Below are positions 26,780 through 35,486 of a stretch of 64,000 bases of DNA, one piece after another. This DNA comes from an uncultured Actinomycetota bacterium (lineage in GTDB: Bacteria > Actinomycetota > Thermoleophilia > Gaiellales > Gaiellaceae). The DNA is taken from assembly GCA_963720045.1 (NCBI GenBank), contig CAVREC010000002.1, positions 69,361 to 133,360 of the forward strand, in the 5' to 3' direction. The position numbers were made by a program, and so were the translations under genes. Below the pieces are notes generated by a model that was not told the origin of the DNA, did not search any database, and saw only the letters and a list, made by a program, of their open reading frames with translations. The stretch's first letter is position 1. Each line of letters starts with the position of its first letter.

Positions 26780-27628
26780 GTGGCCATGTACGCAGAGCGC
26801 GAGCGTCGGCCCCCTCGTTCGCGCGAGTCGAAGGGCCTCGGCCGCGCGACGCGCGACGAGCTCGAGCACCCGATGCTCGCCCTCCAGCACTCGATCGGGA
26901 ATCGCGCCGTGGCCGGTCTCGCGCGGTCGCTCCTTCTGCGTCAGCCTGACGGCCACGCCGCGCCGCAGGAGCTCCACGACGTGCCGATCGGCCAGCCGCC
27001 CCCGACGCAGGTCCCTGCGGCCGACCTCGCGTCCGCCGGGGGATCGCCGCCGGCCACCGTGACCTACACGGGGCCACCCGCCGCGGCTGCAACGACGGCT
27101 CCGACCACGCCCGCCGCTCCGTCGACGGCGCAGGCGCCGGCCCCCGATCCGGCTCAGGCTCCGGCGCAGACACCGGCGGCGACGCCGGCACCGACCGGCG
27201 ACACGAGCACCCCGCACAGCGACTGGACGCTGACGCGCGACCCGTTCAACGTCACGCTCACCTACACGATCGCCGACCTGCACCTCTGGCGCTCGCGCTC
27301 GCGCCTGCTCGACATCGACTTCCTCGCCGACCCGTCGGCCAGCATCTCGGTCGGCCTCGACGAGCCGCACGCAGCCGCCGGCGGCGCCGCGGTCAACCTC
27401 TTCCTCGTCCACGTGAAGCAGAACGGCGACAGCTTCCTCGATCTCGGCGTCGGCCCCTCGGTCGGCTTCGACGGCTCGTCAGCCACCGTCAGCGGCCAGG
27501 GCACGGCGGAGCTGCACCTCGACGCGACGACGTCGCTGACCTTCACCGCGACCTTCACGCCGACTCCGGGCCCGGATGGGCTCGGGCTGAACTCGACCGA
27601 GGTGCTCGGGTTCATGAAGCACTTCTAG
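26780..27628 (+). CDS. candidate CIS-associated cargo: DUF4157-type N-terminal leader motif, Pro/Ala/Thr linker, unknown beta-rich C-terminal domain
   Basis: LALQHSIGNRAVAGLARSLL resembles the leader motif preceding DUF4157 domains (compare LASTMGNQAFSTLARQ in 30751..31284). It has no HExxH. The C-terminal roughly 130 aa is unassigned. Possible starts: GTG 26780, ATG 26786, ATG 26873. Confidence 0.6.
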   Translation: MAMYAERERRPPRSRESKGLGRATRDELEHPMLALQHSIGNRAVAGLARSLLLRQPDGHAAPQELHDVPIGQPPPTQVPAADLASAGGSPPATVTYTGPPAAAATTAPTTPAAPSTAQAPAPDPAQAPAQTPAATPAPTGDTSTPHSDWTLTRDPFNVTLTYTIADLHLWRSRSRLLDIDFLADPSASISVGLDEPHAAAGGAAVNLFLVHVKQNGDSFLDLGVGPSVGFDGSSATVSGQGTAELHLDATTSLTFTATFTPTPGPDGLGLNSTEVLGFMKHF

Positions 27629-28155
27629 CTCGCCGTTTCGCCTCGTGCCTCGCGCAACGCGCGGATGTCGATCAGATCTTGGTTTCGCCCGGCGATGTTC
27701 TTGAAGTCGATGAGGTCATCGAAACCTACGAACGCGACGTCGCCGAACGGGTAGTGGGCAACGGCCGCGCGTTCCCTGAGCTCCGCGAAGTCTTCGGGCG
27801 TTTCCAACTTGCCCGCCACATACTGGAGAACGTCGAGCCGCCCGAACCTCGTTGCTAGATCCCAGTTCCCGTGATCGAGCAGGCTGTCGAGGCTCAACGG
27901 CGCAGCCAGTTCCTTCTCCTTGAACGCGCCCAGGGCAAGAGGCCGTGCCTCGAGTTCCTCGAGCGCCTTCCAGAGGCGGCTCAGGCTCTCGCGGTCGGGC
28001 GCAGGGATGATGTCGACGTCCTTCGTTGTCCGCGTGAACCCGTGATGGCTCACGGCGACACCGCCCATGACGAGAAAGTCCGTCCGATGTCGAGTCAGGA
28101 GATCCAGGATCTCGTCGATTTGAGGGATCGGGACCGAACTGCCGATGTGATTCAT
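27625..28155 (-). CDS. nucleotidyltransferase-fold protein (AbiEii/MNT-like, possible toxin-antitoxin component)
   Basis: DFLVMGGVAVSHHGFTRTTKDVDII matches the GG...D.D nucleotidyltransferase pattern. ATG at 28155 overlaps the upstream stop (ATGA). G+C is locally lower. Confidence 0.5.
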   Translation of the reverse strand: MNHIGSSVPIPQIDEILDLLTRHRTDFLVMGGVAVSHHGFTRTTKDVDIIPAPDRESLSRLWKALEELEARPLALGAFKEKELAAPLSLDSLLDHGNWDLATRFGRLDVLQYVAGKLETPEDFAELRERAAVAHYPFGDVAFVGFDDLIDFKNIAGRNQDLIDIRALREARGETAS

Positions 28156-28676
28156 GACCCCGCCGCCAGTCTGTTCAGCGAACGATGGAGGGCTGCCAGC
28201 TGAAGCACACGCTCCTCGGGGGTCGTCCGCTCGTACTCGTAGCGGAGCTCGTCGTAGCTCTGATTGGGGCGGGGAAGAGCGGCGAGTTCGGAGCTGTAGA
28301 CCAGACGTCCCCCGCGGTCGGGCCACCTGAGCTCCTGGAAAGCCCGCGCTAGAAGGCCGCGCTTCACGCCCTCGCGCTTCAGTGTTTCGACCTGCACCGC
28401 AAGGTCGAGCAGCGCGCCGGTTTCGACGGCGAGCCGGGATGAGTGCGGGTAGGCAACCGCCGGTAGCCGCCCGCGATCGACCCAGCGGTCAAGGGCGGTG
28501 ACGCTGACACCCAGGAGTTGGCCGGCCAGGCCCTTCTGAATGCCCGCTGGAAGTTCGCGACGTAGACCGACCTCGATTTGCCGCAGTTCCTCGCGGAGCT
28601 CCGCGTCGCGTGTCTGCCGGATCGCCAAACGCAGTCGGACGACGGCATCAAGAATCGAGGGGACGGGCGAGGCCAT
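28152..28676 (-). CDS. helix-turn-helix DNA-binding protein, putative partner of the nucleotidyltransferase
   Basis: GLAGQLLGVSVTALDRWVDRGRLPAV is HTH-like. It is translationally coupled to the downstream gene. Confidence 0.5.
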   Translation of the reverse strand: MASPVPSILDAVVRLRLAIRQTRDAELREELRQIEVGLRRELPAGIQKGLAGQLLGVSVTALDRWVDRGRLPAVAYPHSSRLAVETGALLDLAVQVETLKREGVKRGLLARAFQELRWPDRGGRLVYSSELAALPRPNQSYDELRYEYERTTPEERVLQLAALHRSLNRLAAGS

Positions 28677-28748
28677 GCCCAGATCCTAGCCCAAGTTTGT
28701 CTTACGGCCTTATGTTGACCAACTTAGAGGATCGTGGTCCCCGCAGAA

Positions 28749-30803
28749 CTAGGGAACCGCCGGGAACGCGCCCGTTGTCGGCTTGATCACTTCGAGGAAG
28801 TGCTCGAAGTCGGCCTCGATAGTGAGGCGGCCGAGCTTGTTGTACTCGAGGGCGACCGCGCGGACGAGATGCTCCATTCCGATCGGGGTGCCGGCGTCGG
28901 CGGCCATGAACGCGCCTGAGAGGGAGCAGTTGCGGATGCTCCCACCCGAGAGCCGGAAGCGTTTGGCGAGGAAGTGGAGGTCGATGTCGTCGGCCTGCGG
29001 TGCCTCCGTCGGGAGGACGAGCTTCCAGATCCGCTCGCGGTCCTCGGGCTCGGGGAACGGGAAGTCGACGACGACGTCGAGACGGCGCAGGAAGGCGTCG
29101 TCCATGTTCTGGCGGAAGTTCGTGGCGAGGATCACGGCGCCGGGGTAGCCCTCCATCTTCTGGAGCAGGTAGGCGACCTCGATGTTCGCGTAGCGGTCGT
29201 GCGCGTCGCGAACCTCGGAGCGCTTGCCGAAGAGCGCGTCGGCCTCGTCGAAGAAGAGGATCGCGTTCGAGCCTTCCGCGGCGCCGAAGACGCGGTCGAG
29301 GTTCTTCTCGGTCTCCCCGATGTACTTGGAGACGACCGTCGCGAGGTCGAGGCGGAAGAGGTCGAGGCCGAGGTCGCGCGCAAGGACCTGGCCCGCCATC
29401 GTCTTCCCGGTTCCCGACTCGCCGGCGAAGAGCACCTTGATCCCCTGGGTGCGCGCGACGGTCTTCTCGTAGCCCCATTCGGAGAGCACGAGGTCGCGAT
29501 GGCGTAGGTAGGCCGAGATCGAATGGAGCACCTCGAGTTGGCGCTCGGCGATCACGAGGTCGCCCCAGCCGAACGGCGAGTCGAGGCGGGTGGCGAGCTC
29601 GGCGAGGCGGGTGCTCGAGGCGCGGCGGGCGCCGAGGTCGAGGTCGGCGCGGACCGGCACGGTCTCGCCGCGGGTGCCGGCGGAGAGTCGCGCGACGGCG
29701 GCGGCGTCGTTGATCTGGCCGATCGAGAGCCGGAACTTCGCGGCGACATCGTCGATCTCGTCGCTGCCGGTCGCGCTGACCCAGGCCCGACGGCGCTCCG
29801 CGAAGCTCGGCTGCGAGGCCTCGACGACGATCGCCGTGGCCTCGCCGAGCGTCACGACGGCCTGCGCGGAGGCGGCGACGATGAGGACTCCTTCGCCGCG
29901 GGCGGCGAAGGCGCGCTGCACGCGGAGGTGCTTGTCGGGCTCGAGGTCGTCGAGGCCGTCGAAGCAGAGCTGGCGGCCTTCGAGCAGCGCGGTGACGGTG
30001 GCGTCGCGCATCAGCTCGGCATCTCCGGCATCGACCGCGTCGACGAGGAGCAGCGGCCGGCCGACCGTGGCCGCGAGGAGCGCCTCGGCGTCGGGGCCTA
30101 CGAGAAGAATCGGCAGGCGGGTCGAGGCGTCGAGCAGCGGGCGGAGCTCGGCGATCGTCGCGGCCCGGCCTGGGTCGTAATCGGGAAGAGGCACCGGACG
30201 GAGCCGTCCGTCGCGCGCCGGTTCGTCGAGCCCGCTCGCGAGCAGGTGCGCTGCCAGCCGGTCGGAGACCTTCAGCAGCCGGTCGGCGACCGGGAGCTGG
30301 CTTCCGGACTCGAGCAGCCGGACTGCGCCGGTGCGGCGAAGCGGCGCCTCGTGATCGAAGCAGTCGAGCGCCTGCGCCGCCGAGAACCCCGAATCGGCCA
30401 GGAGCCGGGCCACGAGCCGCGGGCTCGCGAGCTTCCGCGTCACGTCGTCGTGCAGGTAGGCGAAGAGACGGCCGTAATGCGGGCCCAGCTCGGGTGCGGC
30501 GCAGAGGGCCATCGCTGCCGCCTCGGCGTCGCTCAGTCCGAGGAGGTGGGCGGCGCGGGCGATCCGGTCATCGAGATCCTGGCCCGGGCCCTCGCGCGAG
30601 AGCTCGACGGCGAGCTCGTCGGAGATATAGAGGCCGCGAAACGGGTCAGCCGGGTTCGGATCGGTGGCCGCGACCGCCTCGACGGCGGAGCGGATCCGGC
30701 CGTCGAGTGCGTCGAAGGTATGGAGCGCAGTGTTGAGCTCGGGGACCGGGTCAGCCGACGAGGTCACCGGCCGCTGCCTCCGCCTCGTTCTCGAGCGCAT
30801 CAC
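28749..30803 (-). CDS. CIS AAA+ ATPase (Afp15-like)
   Basis: C-terminal AAA module GIKVLFAGESGTGKTMAGQVLA (Walker A), AILFFDEADALF (Walker B) and ILATNFRQNMDDAFLRRLD. Large N-terminal domain. The start is uncertain (GTG 30767 is possible). Confidence 0.9.
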   Translation of the reverse strand: MMRSRTRRRQRPVTSSADPVPELNTALHTFDALDGRIRSAVEAVAATDPNPADPFRGLYISDELAVELSREGPGQDLDDRIARAAHLLGLSDAEAAAMALCAAPELGPHYGRLFAYLHDDVTRKLASPRLVARLLADSGFSAAQALDCFDHEAPLRRTGAVRLLESGSQLPVADRLLKVSDRLAAHLLASGLDEPARDGRLRPVPLPDYDPGRAATIAELRPLLDASTRLPILLVGPDAEALLAATVGRPLLLVDAVDAGDAELMRDATVTALLEGRQLCFDGLDDLEPDKHLRVQRAFAARGEGVLIVAASAQAVVTLGEATAIVVEASQPSFAERRRAWVSATGSDEIDDVAAKFRLSIGQINDAAAVARLSAGTRGETVPVRADLDLGARRASSTRLAELATRLDSPFGWGDLVIAERQLEVLHSISAYLRHRDLVLSEWGYEKTVARTQGIKVLFAGESGTGKTMAGQVLARDLGLDLFRLDLATVVSKYIGETEKNLDRVFGAAEGSNAILFFDEADALFGKRSEVRDAHDRYANIEVAYLLQKMEGYPGAVILATNFRQNMDDAFLRRLDVVVDFPFPEPEDRERIWKLVLPTEAPQADDIDLHFLAKRFRLSGGSIRNCSLSGAFMAADAGTPIGMEHLVRAVALEYNKLGRLTIEADFEHFLEVIKPTTGAFPAVP

Positions 30804-31284
30804 CCGGCTCGGAGACCTGGAGCGGGCCGCTCGTCGCCGCGCCGCGCTGCTGGACGACGTGCGTCAGCTCGTGCGCGAGCAGTTGCTGGCCCTCGCTCGA
30901 GCCCGGGTTGTGCTCGCCCTTGGCGAAGTAGACGTCGCTGCCGGTGGTGAAGGCGCGGGCGGAGACCGACTGCGCGAGCGACGCGGCGTGGTCGTCGGTG
31001 TGCACGCGGACGTCGTGCAGCGAGTCGCCGAGTCCGCCGCCGATCTGCTCGCGCGAGCTGTCGTCGAGCTTCTGGCCGCTGCCGCGCGTCTGTGCGATCG
31101 CCGACTCGACGTCGGGATGAGCGCGGCCGTCGGGCAGGATCCCGGCGCCCTGGCGGGCAAGTGTCGAGAAGGCCTGGTTGCCCATCGTCGAGGCGAGGCG
31201 CTGAGCCTCGGGGATGTCGGGAGTCTGCGCAGCGGGGCGCTTTGCGCCCTGCGACTGCTCGAGCTCTCGTTCGTAGCTCGACAT
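30751..31284 (-). CDS. DUF4157 (eCIS-associated, HExxH metallopeptidase-like) domain protein
   Basis: LASTMGNQAFSTLARQ...DVRVHTDDHAASLAQSVSARAFTTGSDVYFAKGEHNP...LLAHELTHVVQQ. ATG at 31284 shares one nt with the upstream stop. Confidence 0.85.
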   Translation of the reverse strand: MSSYERELEQSQGAKRPAAQTPDIPEAQRLASTMGNQAFSTLARQGAGILPDGRAHPDVESAIAQTRGSGQKLDDSSREQIGGGLGDSLHDVRVHTDDHAASLAQSVSARAFTTGSDVYFAKGEHNPGSSEGQQLLAHELTHVVQQRGAATSGPLQVSEPGDALENEAEAAAGDLVG

Positions 31285-31967
31285 CAGGTAACGCGCACGT
31301 CCTGGCGCTTGGCGATCTTGCCGTTCACGACCAGCGTCGCATACCAGGTGCCCTTCGGAAGGGCCTTGGTCGACTTCAGGAACGAGTAGACCGTCGTCGC
31401 GTACGGCTTGGTCACCGCGCCGAGGTAGGTGAAGCTCGGCGTGCGCCACTCGATCTTCACGGTCTTCGCGCCCGGCGGTGGGACGAGGAAGTGGAACCGC
31501 GCCCAGAGGATGTGAGTGCTGCTCGGGACGGACCTCGTGGCCTTCCCGTTCTGCGTGGAGCTGACGACCCCGTTGTCGACGACGCCCTCGGAGGGGGTCG
31601 GCACCGTGAACTTCGCCGTCGCGCTACCGACCTTCAGGACGTAGTCCCGTGGCGGGAGCCGCGCGGGGAGCTTGATCGTCTCGGCGGCAGCGCCGGACTT
31701 GGTGAACGAGTACTGCTTGACCGCCGCCACCGGGCCGGGCACGACCGGGCGGACCGAAGCCTGGACGCTCGCCGGGCCGCTGACCGTGATCGTGAAGTGG
31801 AGGTTCCCCGTGAGCCAGCCCTGATTCCAGACCGCGCTGACGTGGACATTCGAGAGTCCCACCGATGCGGCAGGTGTCGCCGACGCCGTCGCCGGGAGCA
31901 GCAGCACGGCGATCACGAAGATCACCCCGGCAAGCCGTGCGCCCTTTGGCGCGTGCCCGCGTTTCAT
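31284..31967 (-). CDS. secreted protein of unknown function, first gene of the ATPase sub-operon
   Basis: MKRGHAPKGARLAGVIFVIAVLLLPATASA is signal-peptide-like. The mature part is beta-rich. Alternative starts at 31976 and 32003 (TTG). Confidence 0.55.
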   Translation of the reverse strand: MKRGHAPKGARLAGVIFVIAVLLLPATASATPAASVGLSNVHVSAVWNQGWLTGNLHFTITVSGPASVQASVRPVVPGPVAAVKQYSFTKSGAAAETIKLPARLPPRDYVLKVGSATAKFTVPTPSEGVVDNGVVSSTQNGKATRSVPSSTHILWARFHFLVPPPGAKTVKIEWRTPSFTYLGAVTKPYATTVYSFLKSTKALPKGTWYATLVVNGKIAKRQDVRVT

Positions 31968-31973
31968 GTGCCC

Positions 31974-31994
31974 CATCGTACGTGCCGTACGATG
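31974..31994. promoter_or_regulatory. 21-bp perfect palindrome between divergent start codons
   Basis: CATCGTACG-tgc-CGTACGATG read directly. It lies between ATG 31967 (-) and ATG 32003 (+). Confidence 0.35.
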
Positions 31995-32002
31995 CGCGCG
32001 CA

Positions 32003-33481
32003 ATGCCGCAAGGTGGGGATCAAGGGCCGAGGTGCGACGACCTCGAGGGGATCGCGCGTCTGCGCTCGGTCCTCGTCGAAGCGGGCTACACGCCCGACGG
32101 CGTCCGCGACGCGCTTCTGACCGAGGTTTCGACCGGCCGTGACTCGGCGGAGTTGCCGCTCTACCTGCGGATGCTCGAGGGCGGCGGAGCGCTCGCGACG
32201 CTGATCAAGTTGTTCCTGCTCGATCTCGACGTCCCGGCGGCGGACGCGGAGACGGCGCTGCCGGGCCTTTCGCTCGAACGGCTCGAAACGATGGGCGTGC
32301 TCGGGCGCCTCGGCGATCGGGTGTCCTCGGCGCTCGAGCTCGTCCCGTTCGACGACCTCGTGATCGCCTGCGATGCCTTCCAGAAGGAGCTCGCGACGAG
32401 CGACCACGTGCTCGGGGTGTCCTCGCCCGCACGCGTGCTGGCCTGGCTCACGGTTCGGTCCCCGGCCGGCCGCGCGCTCGACCTCGGGACGGGCAACGGA
32501 CACCAGGCGCTCCTCGCCGCCCGGCACGCCGAGCAGGTCACGGCGATCGACATCAACCCGCGTGCGCTGCGGTTCGCCGCGTTCAACGCGGCGCTGAACG
32601 GCGTCGGCGGAATCGATCTCCGCGAAGGAAACCTGTTCGAGCCGGTCGCGGGCGAGCGGTTCGACCTGATCGTCTGCAATCCCCCGTACGTCGTCTCGCC
32701 CGAGACGGACATCGTCTACCGCGACGGCGGCCTTCCGGGCGACTCCTTCAGCGAGAAGATCGTGCGCGAGCTGCCGGGCTACCTGGAACCAGGCGGGATC
32801 GGGGAGGTGCTCGTGAGCTGGCTTCACCCGCTCGGCGGCGACTGGATCGCACCCGTCCGGCGCTGGGTCGAGGACAGCGGCTGCGATGCAATCCTGATCC
32901 GATATGCCGCGCACGAGCCGCTCGACTACGCCGCCGCGTGGAATCGGCCGTTCCGGACGAACCCCGAGCTGTACGCGGAGAAGATCGCCCGCTGGATGGA
33001 CTACTTCGACCGGATCGGCGTCGAGGAGATCTCCTGGGGCGCGCTGATCCTGCGCCGGCGGGAGGGGAAGAACTGGTTTTTCCCCTACACCTCGACGACC
33101 GAGCGGATCACGGGCGCGAGCGACCAGATCCTGCGGCTGATGGCGGCCCAGGACTATCTGGCGGCGACCGGCGACGAGGAGATGCTGGATGGGGTCTTCG
33201 CGCTCTCCGACGAGCATCGAGTCGACCAGACCTTCCGGATCGAAGACGGCCGCGAGCTCGTCGACCGCAACGTCCTGCGCCTGAGCGCGGGGCTTCGCTT
33301 CGAGGTCGCACTCGGCCAGTCGACCGAGCGGATGCTCTTGCTCCTCGACGGCGAACAGCCGCTCGGGGCAGTGCTCGTGGAGGCCGCGGACGGTACGGGC
33401 CTCCCGCCGGAGGAGTTCATCGGACGGGCCCTTCCGATCGTGCGGCGCCTGATCGAGCTCGGCTTCGTGATCCCGGCGTAG
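32003..33481 (+). CDS. class I SAM-dependent methyltransferase (NPPY-type)
   Basis: ALDLGTGNGHQAL (SAM-binding motif I) and DLIVCNPPYV. ATG at 32003. Confidence 0.8.
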   Translation: MPQGGDQGPRCDDLEGIARLRSVLVEAGYTPDGVRDALLTEVSTGRDSAELPLYLRMLEGGGALATLIKLFLLDLDVPAADAETALPGLSLERLETMGVLGRLGDRVSSALELVPFDDLVIACDAFQKELATSDHVLGVSSPARVLAWLTVRSPAGRALDLGTGNGHQALLAARHAEQVTAIDINPRALRFAAFNAALNGVGGIDLREGNLFEPVAGERFDLIVCNPPYVVSPETDIVYRDGGLPGDSFSEKIVRELPGYLEPGGIGEVLVSWLHPLGGDWIAPVRRWVEDSGCDAILIRYAAHEPLDYAAAWNRPFRTNPELYAEKIARWMDYFDRIGVEEISWGALILRRREGKNWFFPYTSTTERITGASDQILRLMAAQDYLAATGDEEMLDGVFALSDEHRVDQTFRIEDGRELVDRNVLRLSAGLRFEVALGQSTERMLLLLDGEQPLGAVLVEAADGTGLPPEEFIGRALPIVRRLIELGFVIPA

Positions 33482-33809
33482 CCTGGCTTGGCCTGGATCC
33501 ACGAGGCGCCGGCAGCTGCTGCCATCTCGATCCGGACCCATCGCCGGTCCTCCCTCTGTGGACAAACCGGTACACGCGCGTCACGCATTCCGGAGTAGCC
33601 TTGACGGCATTGGGGCGGGAGGTGGGTACCCGAAAACTGACAGCCCGGAAAGCCCGGCGTCGTCGATTCTGGACATGTCCCTAGCTATCCGGCCGAGCCG
33701 GAGCCCGGAGGAGGAGCGGCGGCGAACCCCAACGGGCGATGGATCCGGGCTCAGGAGCTCTCACTGAATGCCACGCCCAGGCGGCACGTGCTCACTCAGT
33801 TAGAGCTTC

Positions 33810-34448
33810 TTAGATCAAGCCTTCGCGAACGGCGGCCGCGACGGCCTGTGAGCGGCTGCGGGCGTTGAACTTCGTGACCACGTCGTGGATGACGTTCTTC
33901 ACGGTTCGCTCGCTGTAGCTGAGCCGTTTTGCGACCTCGCGCGTCGGGTGCCCCTCGGCGACGAGGCGCAAGACCTCCTGCTCACGTACGGTCAGCGGTG
34001 AGAGCGAGAGGCCGCGCGGCTCGAGCGTCTCGTTCGAGGCGCGGGCGATCGTGCGGAGCAGATCTCCGAGCATGTCCGGTGCGATCACGCCCGAGCCGGT
34101 CGCAGCGGTGCGAAGGCTCGCGACGAGCGCGTCGGGAGTGAGCGTCTCCTTCCACAGATAGCCCACCGCGCCGGCCTGCACGGCCGCGAGCAGCTCCCGC
34201 TGCTCCGAGCGGCCCGAGCAGACGAGGACGCTCGCAGCAGTCCGCTCCCGGAGCTCCCTGATGAACTCGTGCGCCCCGTCGAGATCGTGGTCGACGAGGA
34301 CGACATCCGAGTCGAAGAGCTCGGGCTGCCTCCAGGCGGCCTCGGCCGTTGCCGAGTCCATCACCGAGTCGATCCCGTCGGCGCCGTCCAGGCAAGCAAC
34401 GAGCCCTCGGCGATAGATCGAATGCGGGTCCACGAGGAAAATCCTCAT
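33810..34448 (-). CDS. NarL/FixJ (LuxR-type) response regulator
   Basis: Receiver domain MRIFLVDPHSIYRRGL..DVVLVDHDL. C-terminal LuxR HTH LTVREQEVLRLVAEGHPTREVAKRLSYSERTVKNVIHDV. Confidence 0.9.
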   Translation of the reverse strand: MRIFLVDPHSIYRRGLVACLDGADGIDSVMDSATAEAAWRQPELFDSDVVLVDHDLDGAHEFIRELRERTAASVLVCSGRSEQRELLAAVQAGAVGYLWKETLTPDALVASLRTAATGSGVIAPDMLGDLLRTIARASNETLEPRGLSLSPLTVREQEVLRLVAEGHPTREVAKRLSYSERTVKNVIHDVVTKFNARSRSQAVAAAVREGLI

Positions 34449-34632
34449 GAATTAGTGCCTCGGGCCTGCCCCAGAGCCACGTTACTCCTTTCCCCGTACC
34501 TTGACCCGCAGCGCTGCGCACGATTTCATGCAAAGGGTCTCGTGTCAAGCAAGTTCACCATTCCGGGGCATCTTTGCTGCCGTTTGGTCTCGCCCATGGC
34601 TCCCGCCCGGCCGCCTCGTTTACACTCGAGTT

Positions 34633-35292
34633 GTGGACGTGACGTTCGAGGTCGGAGGCGAGACATACACCGTCGCTGAGCCCCAGGCGACGATCCTCGC
34701 GGAGAACCTCCGTATCCTCTCGAAGTCCGAGTTCGCGACCGCGTCGGAGCCGGCAGCCCTGATCGGAGCCGATGACGATTGGCGCGCGGGCGCGAAGACG
34801 GTTGCGGAATCGATCGAGACGACACTCGTCGATCGCAGCACCAAGCCGCTTCACCTCGAGGGCGGTGCCGCCGACGCCACCTACTGCGTCCTCCGCCTGA
34901 TGGTCGGCCTCGACACGAACGGAGCGACGGGCCTTCGCGATGCGCTCGGCGCTCCGGTCGCGAGGGATCCCGACCTTGCGATCCCAAAACGTCGCGGCGG
35001 GATGATCGAACCCCTGCGGCATCTGTCCCGGCCCGAGTTGCTCGAGTTGCTCGTGATCCTCTTCTTGCTTGCGGTGCTCACCGTCGTGCTCGGGTTCGCC
35101 TGGACCGGCACCTGGTGGGTGCTCGCGCCGGTGATCGCCGGGCTCCTCGGGTTGCGGGTCGCGACGACCCGAACGAGTGGACGGCTCGCCTGGACGGTTG
35201 CCTCGGTCGTGTGGTGGGGCATCTTCCTCGTGCCCGCTGCGGTGCTGGTGACGCTCGTCGGCCTGCTCGTGGTCGCGATCCTGAACTCCTGA
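34633..35292 (+). CDS. hypothetical membrane protein
   Basis: Soluble N-terminal part followed by about 4 hydrophobic helices (LLELLVILFLLAVLTVVLGFAW.., WWVLAPVIAGLLGL.., VVWWGIFLVPAAVLVTLVGLLVVAIL). GTG start chosen by eye; the track ORF begins at 34501. Confidence 0.45.
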   Translation: MDVTFEVGGETYTVAEPQATILAENLRILSKSEFATASEPAALIGADDDWRAGAKTVAESIETTLVDRSTKPLHLEGGAADATYCVLRLMVGLDTNGATGLRDALGAPVARDPDLAIPKRRGGMIEPLRHLSRPELLELLVILFLLAVLTVVLGFAWTGTWWVLAPVIAGLLGLRVATTRTSGRLAWTVASVVWWGIFLVPAAVLVTLVGLLVVAILNS

Positions 35293-35486
35293 CTCGTAAC
35301 GGTCCCGGAACTCCGCAGCCGTCGTGGGCCGCGCTTCCGGCTCGCGACTCCGACGGCCGGCGGCTCGCTCGGCGCGCGCCTGCTGGCCGCCGTCGAGCCG
35401 CGACTCCGCTCGCGTTGCTCGCGCACGTCGCGCGGCAGCGGATCGCGCTTCCCGCGTGGCCTTACCGCCTGAGCCCGGCGAGGTTC

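Noticed and set aside
6547-31967. Intact prophage
   Set aside because: Only tail-module genes are present. There are no capsid, portal, terminase, replication, integrase or lysis-cassette genes, and no flanking tRNA or att-like repeats that I could see.
33482-33809. 328-bp intergenic region examined for a small RNA gene (SRP, 6S, tmRNA, RNase P motifs)
   Set aside because: I recognised no conserved RNA signature by eye, so I cannot support a call.
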